Below are positions 55,700-64,000 of a DNA stretch of 64,000 nucleotides, piece after piece. The stretch lies in assembly GCA_000004695.1 (NCBI GenBank), contig CM000151.3, positions 3,616,001-3,680,000 on the forward strand, read 5' to 3'. The notes beneath the pieces are model-generated. The model was not told where the DNA came from and searched no databases. It saw only the letters and a list, made by a program, of their open reading frames with translations. This stretch comes from Dictyostelium discoideum (lineage: Eukaryota). The stretch's first letter is position 1. Each line of letters begins with the position of its first letter. Made by a program: the position numbers and the translations under genes.

Positions 55700-57811
55700 T
55701 TATTGTTTTGAAATGTTTACTAAATTTTCAGAAGTCATACCTAATTGTTTCATAACGGCATTACCTGGTGCAGACATACCAAATCTATCAATACCAATGA
55801 CTTTACCATCAAGACCAACATATTTATACCAGAATGAAGTGACACCAGCTTCCATAGCGATACGATTTCTACAACCACTTGGAAGTACGGATTGTTTGTA
55901 TTCATTTGATTGACGATCGAAAAGTTCAGTGCATGGCATAGAGACGACACGAATATCATCACCTAATAATTTAGCGGCTTCAACACAATGTTGAACTTCT
56001 GAACCAGTGGCAATTAAGATCATTCTTAATGGAGCGGTTTCACTAACGACAATGTAACCACCTCTGAGAGTACCTTCTCTCTTCTTTTGAGCGGTACCTG
56101 GGAGGAATGGAAGATTTTGACGAGTTAATGATAAAAGGGTTGGACCATCGGCACGAGCATAAGCCAAAGAGAAAGCAGCAGCTGTTTCTTCTGGATCGGC
56201 TGGACGAATGACATCCAAGTTTGGAATCATACGAAGACCTGAAACGGTTTCAACTGGTTGATGAGTTGGACCATCTTCACCAACACCAACAGAGTCATGA
56301 GTGAAAATGTAAACTACTGGTAAATGTGAGAGAGCAGCCAAACGGATGGCTGGACGAAGATAGTCTGAGAATACCAAAAAGGTGGCACCTGAAACTTTGA
56401 AAAGACCATGGTAGGCGATACCATTCATCATGGCACCCATAGCATGTTCACGAATACCAAACTTAATATTACGACCAGTTGGACAAGCTGGTGTGAAATC
56501 TCTACCCTCTTTGATGTAATTCAAGGTGGAGCCATGTAAATCGGCACTACCACTGACTGATAATGGGAGGTATTGAGAGATTGGTTGTAAAACGTCGCTA
56601 CCAGCCTTACGAGTGGCAATGATTGGTGTGGTTGGGAACTCTGGGATTTGTTTCATGATATCGATAGCTTCGTGTTTTTCATGAGCACTTTCCAAGAGTT
56701 GGGCAAGCTTTGGATTGGCAGATTTCCATTCGGCAAAGGTTGCTTGCCATTCTTGGTAGAGCTTTTCTAATTGTTTTTCATGTTGTTCAAAGTATTGTCT
56801 GGTTTCACCGCTGACAAAGAATTTCTCTTCTGGGAGACCGAGATTCTTACGAGCGGAATCGATAAATTTAACACCAGCTTCACCATGACCTTTATTGGTA
56901 CCAGCAACCTCTGGGATACCCTTGGCGATTGTAGTCTTACAAATGATGATTTGTGGTTTACCGGATTTGGAGTGTTTAGCATTTTGATAGGCGTTGATTA
57001 ATGAGCCAATGTTGTTACCTTCTAATACTAATTGTACTTCGAATCCAACACTTTCGAATCTCTTTACGGCATCCTCTGATTGGGTTTCAATTGCCATAGC
57101 ATCCAATGTGACATCGTTTGAATCGTAGAATACGATCAAGTTATCTAAACGATGATGACCAGCGAATGAAATGGCCTCTTGTGAAATACCTTCTTGTAAA
57201 CAACCATCACCAACTAAAACTACTACCTTTTGATTAAAGATTTGATGTTGTTCAGTATTGAATTTACCTGCTGCCATTTTACATGCTGATGCAATACCAA
57301 CGGCATTTGCAATACCTTGACCTAATGGACCAGTGGTAGCTTCAACGCCTGGTGTGTCATGAAATTTTGGATGACCTGGTGTCTTTGAATTTAATTGTCT
57401 GAAATTTTTAATATCTTCAATTGAAACATCATATCCTGATAAATGTAACCAACTATATAAAAACATTGAACCATGACCTGCACTTAATACAAAATAATCT
57501 CTATTTAACCATCTTGTCTTTATTTATTTAAAAAAAAAAAAAAAAAAACAAAATAAAAAAATAATAATAAAAATTTAAATATATAAATATAAGTACTTTT
57601 TATTAAAATTTATATTTTTTTTTTTTTTTTTTTTTTTACATACATCTTTTGGGTTATAGATCAATGAATTACCAAATAATGCAGCACCAATTTCAGCAGA
57701 ACCAAGTGGTAAACCTAAATGACCAGAGGCAGCTTTGGCAACTGCATCCATGCTTAAACCTCTAGTTTCATTTGCTGCTCTTTCTAATGCTTTAAAATCA
57801 ATGTTTGACAT
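55700..57811 (-). CDS. tkt: Transketolase; 2 exons, 57644..57811 and 55700..57517
   Basis: [56 protein letters not shown]|[74 protein letters not shown]...[10 protein letters not shown]...[10 protein letters not shown].... All the hallmark TK motifs are present. GC-rich codon usage. Donor gat|GTATGT, acceptor aataaag|ACA. Confidence 0.85.
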
Positions 57812-58572
57812 TATTTATATATATATATGTTATTTGTTTTTTTTTTTTAATTTTTTTAATTAAAAATTTTACAACAATAATTGGTGAAATGAAATGAAAT
57901 TTTTTAATTTTTTTTTTTTTTTAAATTAAATTTGAAAATCAATTTGGTGTGTATTTCGAAAAATAAAAAAAAATAAAAAAAATAAAAAATAAAAAAAAAT
58001 AAAATTTTCCACTCTCACTGCAAACAACTAAATTAATCCCGAACCCAAACAAAAGAATGGTTCGGGTGTTTTTATATTTCTAGATTATCCACCAGATACC
58101 TTACACAAAAAAAAAAAAAAAATAATGAAAAATTATAATTTTTTTTTTTTTTTTTTTTTTTTTAATGTCTATTTTTAAAATACAAAAATAAAAAAAACCA
58201 TATAATTTTGTGTATTTATGATCAAAAAATGATTGAAGAGGATTTTTTATTTTAAAAATATCTTTCGTAAAGTATTTAATTGTATTATTCTTTTTATTAA
58301 AAAAAAAAAAAAAAATAAAAAAATAAAAAAATAAAAAAATGCAAATAAAGGAAATTATCCAAACAAAAAAAAATAAAAAAAAATAAATAAAAAATGAAAA
58401 CAATTAAAATTTTATTTAATTAAAAAAATCATAGGTTTTAATTTATTTAATTTTTTTTATTTTTTATTTATTTTTTTTTTATTTTTTTTTTTTTTTTCAA
58501 AACACAATTTTTAAATATCTATCAAATGAAACACTACTGAAAAAAGAAAAAAAAAAAATAAAAAGTTTTTTT

Positions 58573-59230
58573 TTAAAAATCTTCATCTAAAACTAAAGTT
58601 CTTGATTGATTATTTTTTTGTTGATTATTTCCTTGAATTGCAACACCAGTTTTAGCGTATTCTGCAACTTTGCCTTCGAAAAAGTTTGATTTTCTTTGTA
58701 AAGAAATCATTTCCATCCATTCGAAAGGATTTGAAGAGTTGAAAATCTTTTTGTAACCTAAAGAAACCACTAAACGATCAGCACAAAACTCAATGTATTG
58801 AGACATTGAACGCGAGTTCATACCAATTAAATCCACTGGTAATGATTCGCAAATGAATTCCTTTTCACATTCGACAGCATCTCTTATCATTTTCTCAATG
58901 ACTTTTGGATCCAACTTTCTTTGTAACTTTGTGTAGAGAAGACATGCGAAATCACAATGTAAACCTTCGTCACGTGAAATTAATTCATTTGAAAATGTTA
59001 AACCTTGCATTAAACCTCTCTTTTTCAACCAAAATATTGAACAAAAACTTCCACTGAAAAATATACCCTCAACTGCTGCAAATGCAACCAAACGTTCTGC
59101 AAATGAATCTGAATCATTTATCCATCTTAATGCCCATTCTGCCTTCTTTTTAATACATGGAATTGTTTCAATTGCATTAAATAATTTATCTTTAGTTTGC
59201 TTATCTTTAATATAAGTTTCAATTAAAAGA

Positions 59231-59296
<66 letters not shown>

Positions 59297-59606
59297 ATAT
59301 ATTAGAATCTACTTTTTCTTTATTAAAACTTTATATATATATATGATAAATATTTACCTATAAGTTTCAGAATGTATATTTTCAATTGCAATTTGAAAAC
59401 CATAGAAACATCTTGCTTCTGGAATTTGTACTTCAGACATAAATCTAGTTGCAAGGTTTTCATTTACAATACCATCAGATGCAGCAAAAAATGCCAAAAC
59501 ATGTGAGATGAAATGACGTTCATTATCTGTTAATTTATATTCCCAATCAACATTATCATTACCTAATAATAAAATTAATAAAATTAATTAATAAATTAAT
59601 ATATAC

Positions 59607-59703
<97 letters not shown>

Positions 59704-59875
59704 TATGTATAGATAATTTACCAAGATCAATTTCTTCAGCTACCCAATGACTTGCAAGGGCTTTTTTATACATTCTCCAGATATCTGGGTATTTTATTGG
59801 AAATAATACAAATCTATCTTTATTTTCTTTGAGAATTGGTTCAATGAATGTATCTTTTTTATTAATTTCTTCCAT
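58573..59875 (-). CDS. rnrB: Ribonucleoside-diphosphate reductase small (R2) subunit; 3 exons, 59722..59875, 59358..59562 and 58573..59230
   Basis: ...[11 protein letters not shown]|[69 protein letters not shown]|LLIETYIKD...[53 protein letters not shown]...*, near-identical over the diiron and tyrosyl-radical core of eukaryotic R2. Intron 1 carries an (AAT)n run. Confidence 0.85.
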
Positions 59876-60501
59876 TTTTATTTTTTATTTTTTAATTTTT
59901 TTTTTTTTTATTTTATTTTATAAAATTTAATGTACAATGAGATTTTATTAAGTTTTGAAATCAATCCAAAATTATATAATATGAATAATAAAATTAAAAA
60001 ATAATATTTATTTGTTATAAATAATAATAAAAAAAAAAAAAAAAAGTAAAAAAAAAAAAAAAAAAAATTTGAATTTTTTATTTTTTTTTAAATTTTTAGC
60101 GCAATTTTGGTTCCTATAAAAAATTAATTTCTTTTTTTTAAAAAAAACAGAATATTTTTTTTTTTTTTGGAAAATACACACACATTCCCGAAAGAAAAAA
60201 ATATTAAAATTTTATTTATTTTATTTGTTTTTGTTTATGATGGAATCACCGTTCCAATAAATTAAATTTTAATAATTTTTCAAAAAAAAAAAAAAAAGCT
60301 ATATTTGGGTACCACTCCGATTCTAGAAAAAAAAAATATAATTTATTATTTTACAAAAAGTTGGTGATATTAATAAATCATATAATTCAAAAAAAAATAA
60401 AAAAAAAAAAAAAATTATACAATTACAATAAATCATTTCAGTGCAATAAATAACTCTTTAATTAAATTTAAGGAAAATTGATTTTTTGTTGGTTTAAAAA
60501 A

Positions 60502-60546
<45 letters not shown>

Positions 60547-61220
60547 AAATTTTCAGACTCTGGTGTTAGACAAGAAATAAAATTTTAAAAAAAAAATAAA
60601 TAAATGATCATTTACCAAGTTTTTTTTAAAAATAATTTTATTTGTTTTGTATTAAAATTTTCAAATAAATTAAAATAAAAAAAAAAAATAAAAAAAATAA
60701 AAAAAATAAAAAAAAAAAAAAAAAAAAAAAAAATTATTCAATGAATATATTATAATAATAATTCACTCCGTATTGGTGGCATTAATAATTAAACAGCCAT
60801 TGATCATTTTTTTGTGAGGGTGACCTTAGAATTTTAGACTTTTGTGAGATATCAGCAAAAAATTTTATTGAAAAAAAAAAAAAAAAATTAAAAACAATAA
60901 AAAAAAAAATAATGAAAAAAAAAAAAAAATTCTAAAAAATAAAAAAACTATTCCACATACAACAGTGTAAATATTAAACAATAAATATCTAATATTATCA
61001 CTTTCAAAATTTTCACCATTTTTATTTTTTTTTTTTTTAATTTAAAATTTTATTTATTTTAAATTATTATTTTTTATTTTTTATTTATTTTTCTTTTATT
61101 TTTTTTTTTTTTTTTAATTTTCAAATTATTAATTTTCATTTTTTTTTTTTTTTTTTTTCTTTTTTCTTTTTTTTTTTTTTTTCTAATAGAATATATAATT
61201 TATATATATAAAAAATAAAA

Positions 61221-62222
61221 ATGTATAACCCACCACCACCATCTGGTTCACAAGGTAATAATAATTATTATAGACAACCATCATCCACACCGGGTGTATC
61301 AAACCCAAACCCACAAGCTAATCAATTTTTACCACCACAACCATCTAATACTACACAAACACCAGGAGGCTATCCACCACAACAACAACAAAGACCACCA
61401 ACTGGAGCACCACAACAACCAGGAGGTTATCCAACTCCACCACCACCAGGAGCACCAGGAGGTTATCCACCACAACAACAACCAGCCGGTCAATATGGAG
61501 CACCACCACAACAACAACCAGCCGGTCAATACGGAGCACCACAACCAGCAGGACAATATGGTGCACCACAACCAGCAGGACAATATGGTGCACCACAACC
61601 AGCAGGACAATATGGCGCACCACCACCACCACCAGGAGGTGCAGGTATTTCATTAGTAAAGAATCAACAAATTTCATTAACTAAAGAAGATCCAACTCTT
61701 AGAAAATTAACAATTGGTTTAGGTTGGGATGTAAACACCACACCAACTGCACCATTCGATTTGGATGCAGTTGTTTTCATGTTGAATGCACAAGGTAGAG
61801 TTAGAACCTCACAAGATTTCATTTTCTACAATAACAAGGTATCAAGAGATAACTCTGTTTCTCATCAAGGTGATAATTTAACAGGTCAAGGTGAAGGTGA
61901 TGATGAAGTTGTCCTCGTAAACTTACAAGCAGTTTCACCAGACGTCACTCGTTTGGTTTTCGCTGTCACCATTCATTTAGCCGATGAAAGAAGACAAAAC
62001 TTTACAATGGTACCAAGAGCTTTCATTCGTGTTGCCAATCAAGAAACTGGTAGAAATATCTGTCGTTACGATCTCTCTCAAGAAGGTGGTCCAAACACTG
62101 CCCTCATTGCTGGTGAAGTTTATCGTGATCCATCAAATCCAAACAATTGGTCTTTTGTTGCTGTTGGTAAAGGTATGCAAGGCGCTCTTCCAGGTTTACT
62201 CCAAATCTTTGGTTGTCAATAA
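61221..62222 (+). CDS. CABP1-like cAMP-binding protein: an N-terminal P/G/Y/Q-rich repeat region ([16 protein letters not shown] x5) plus a C-terminal TerD (tellurium-resistance) domain; single exon, 333 aa
   Basis: Repeats (PAGQYGAPQ)n, then [21 protein letters not shown]...[16 protein letters not shown]...DFIFYNN...[18 protein letters not shown]...RLVFAVTIH...[26 protein letters not shown]...WSFVAVG. This is the TerD fold as in Dictyostelium CABP1 (capA/capB) and related p34/p31 proteins. Confidence 0.6.
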
Positions 62223-62388
62223 ATTTAATATTATTATTTAATTTAAAAAAAAAAAAAATTAAAAAAAAAATAAACAAACAATAAATAACTATTTGTAATC
62301 TTAGAAATTAAAATTTTATTTTACTTTATATTTTTTATTTAAAATCCTTTTTTTTTTTTTTTTTTTTAAATTAAATTTGTAAATTTCA

Positions 62389-62421
<33 letters not shown>

Positions 62422-62441
62422 TTTAATTCGCACATCACCAA

Positions 62442-62995
62442 ATGAGTAATATTTCAAAAGTATCATATCTTTTAGGCAAATTTAAAGGTTCTGGTAAGGG
62501 TGAATATCCAACCATTACACCATTCACATATACAGAAGAGATTGAATTCTCAAACAATGGTAAACCATTTATTTTTTATCAGTAAGTAAATCAATAATAA
62601 AATAATAGTAATAATAATGTATTTTAATGATAATAACATACTAATATAATATTAGACAAAAAACATGGAATGTAAATGGTCAACCTTTACACTCAGAGAG
62701 TGGATATATGAGATTTCCACCAAATGGAAAGGTTGAATTGGTAATTTCAGAACCAACTGGTATCAATGAGATATATGATGGAGAAATTACAGGTGAAAAT
62801 AATGAAATCCTTACATTTAAATTAACAAATATTCAAAGAACACCAACTGCTAAACCACCACATACTACAAATGTTATTAGAAAATTTACATTTGATCAAA
62901 GTGCCAACACTCTTTCATATACAATGGATATGGCCACTACAACAACCACTGATTTAACTCATCATTTAAGTGCAACTTTACAAAAACAATTATAA
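62442..62995 (+). CDS. Nitrobindin-like / THAP4 C-terminal-domain-like (UPF0678, heme-binding beta-barrel) protein; 2 exons, 62442..62581 and 62656..62995
   Basis: GKFKGSGKGEYPTITPFTYTEEIEFSNNGKPFIFYQ|QKTWNVNGQPLHSESGYMRFPPNGKVELVISEPTGINEIYDGEI..., against the human THAP4 C-domain GEGEGGYPTIQPFRYGEEIRFSHGKPFLSYQQRTWKLDSGEPLHSETGFWRI...GITEIEKG. Donor tatca|GTAAGT, acceptor attag|A. Confidence 0.7.
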
Positions 62996-63258
62996 TAAAA
63001 ACAAAATTTCAAATACCATTGTAAAATATATAATTACTTTTGATTTTTTTTTTTTTGTATTTTTTTTTTTTTTTTGAGTAAAATTTTTACTTTATTATTT
63101 TATTTTATTTTATTTTTAATAAATTTAAATTATACTATTATTATTACTATATGTAATAATAATAATATTATATGTAATTTGAATTGATTTGAAAAAAAAA
63201 AGAGTTTAATTTTTGGAAAGAAAAAGAGAGAGAGGTAAGTATGTATAAAAAGAAAGTT

Positions 63259-64000
63259 TTATTTTTGTTGAGGAGTTACAGTCCATAAACTTTCAGATTC
63301 TTGATTATTGAAATTACCTTCACCATCAACCCAATAACAAATTGATTGTAAAAAGTCAATAGTTTGATGTTTAGATTCTATACCATTATCAATACCATGA
63401 ATACCTGTTTCAACATGCATAGTAATGAATTCACCAGAGTTTTGAGCGAAATATTTTGTAAAAGGTTCAGTTTTATCAGCAGTGATTGCACAAGCTGGAT
63501 CAAAAGGTACCCAACCACAACCATCAACATAAAATTCACCAACAACATGGACCTTTTGTTTATCGGCAGTACCTGATAAAGCCCATCTACCAATTAGTAT
63601 ACGAGTTGGTATACCATGCATTCTAAGAATTGAAGAGTAGAGAATTGAGAAACCACCACAATCAGACTTTTTAGCATTGATAGTATCGGTTGCCTTACGA
63701 CCACTTAATACATCTTTTGCTAAAACATAATCAAAATGTAATTTAATGAATAGGAAAACCCTATATGCATAGCATAACACTGATTCAACGGTACCATCAG
63801 TCAATAGCATTGGATGCAATTGATTATCCCTAATCCATTGTTGAAATTGTGGTTGATTATAATTGATGAAATTGGTGGTTTGTAAATAGTATGCTCTCTC
63901 TTGTGGATTCAATGGTTGAACCATTGGCATAAATTGACCGGGTACAATCTTTTTCAAAGAGATACTGTAAAGGTCGGCTTCTATATCGTAATGAGCATGG
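63259..64000 (-). CDS. Transglutaminase-like (papain-fold Cys-His-Asp) domain protein, 3' portion; the gene continues beyond the right edge of the window
   Basis: ...KKSDCGGFSILYSSILRMHGIPTRILIGRWAL...HVVGEFYVDGCGWVPFDPA. This is the core Cys motif and His/Asp region of the transglutaminase-like superfamily. The ORF remains open upstream of 63957 to the window end. Confidence 0.5.
   Translation of the reverse strand, partial: HAHYDIEADLYSISLKKIVPGQFMPMVQPLNPQERAYYLQTTNFINYNQPQFQQWIRDNQLHPMLLTDGTVESVLCYAYRVFLFIKLHFDYVLAKDVLSGRKATDTINAKKSDCGGFSILYSSILRMHGIPTRILIGRWALSGTADKQKVHVVGEFYVDGCGWVPFDPACAITADKTEPFTKYFAQNSGEFITMHVETGIHGIDNGIESKHQTIDFLQSICYWVDGEGNFNNQESESLWTVTPQQK

Overview
The window reads as social-amoeba (Dictyostelium discoideum-like) nuclear DNA. 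The basis: it is about 78% A+T, has long homopolymer and AAT/CAA/CA microsatellite tracts, short AT-rich introns with GTAAGT/GTATGT donors and (A/T)AG acceptors, and Q/N-rich low-complexity coding tails.

The window is gene-dense, with about 30 protein-coding genes. I identified them by reading the six-frame ORFs, reconstructing splice junctions by eye, and matching against families I know.

Housekeeping genes recognised:
- srp14
- proteasome lid subunit Rpn12/PSMD8
- DPM2
- ribosomal protein L15e
- ICMT
- RWDD1
- SURF1
- AP-3 beta adaptin
- HSBP1
- 3-ketodihydrosphingosine reductase
- tRNA isopentenyltransferase
- transketolase
- ribonucleotide reductase small subunit
- a CABP1-like TerD-domain protein
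- a nitrobindin/THAP4-like protein

Other genes:
- a tandem pair of flavin amine-oxidase (MAO-like) genes
- a CDK-like kinase with a very large Q/N/H/P/T low-complexity tail
- a frizzled/smoothened-like 7TM receptor with a cysteine-rich domain (CRD)
- an SH3 protein
- two paralogous secreted Cys-rich proteins
- a transglutaminase-like gene running off the window end

The most notable structure is at 1-15.5 kb. It is a head-to-tail tandem array of three paralogous genes of about 4.5 kb with five exons each. Each encodes a type-I membrane glycoprotein of about 1400 aa with a signal peptide, many N-glycosylation sequons, a PT(E)T-repeat stalk, an EGF-like Cys module, a single TM and a short basic tail. 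These resemble the polymorphic Tgr/LagC-type adhesion and allorecognition family.

The ORF track splits each of these genes into three 'small genes' plus a large ORF, but the splice phases show they are single genes. The array is interrupted by a 3.9-kb insertion. That insertion carries a degenerate fragment of the same gene and an inverted, nonsense-containing importin-alpha pseudogene.

I found no rRNA, convincing tRNA or CRISPR in the window.
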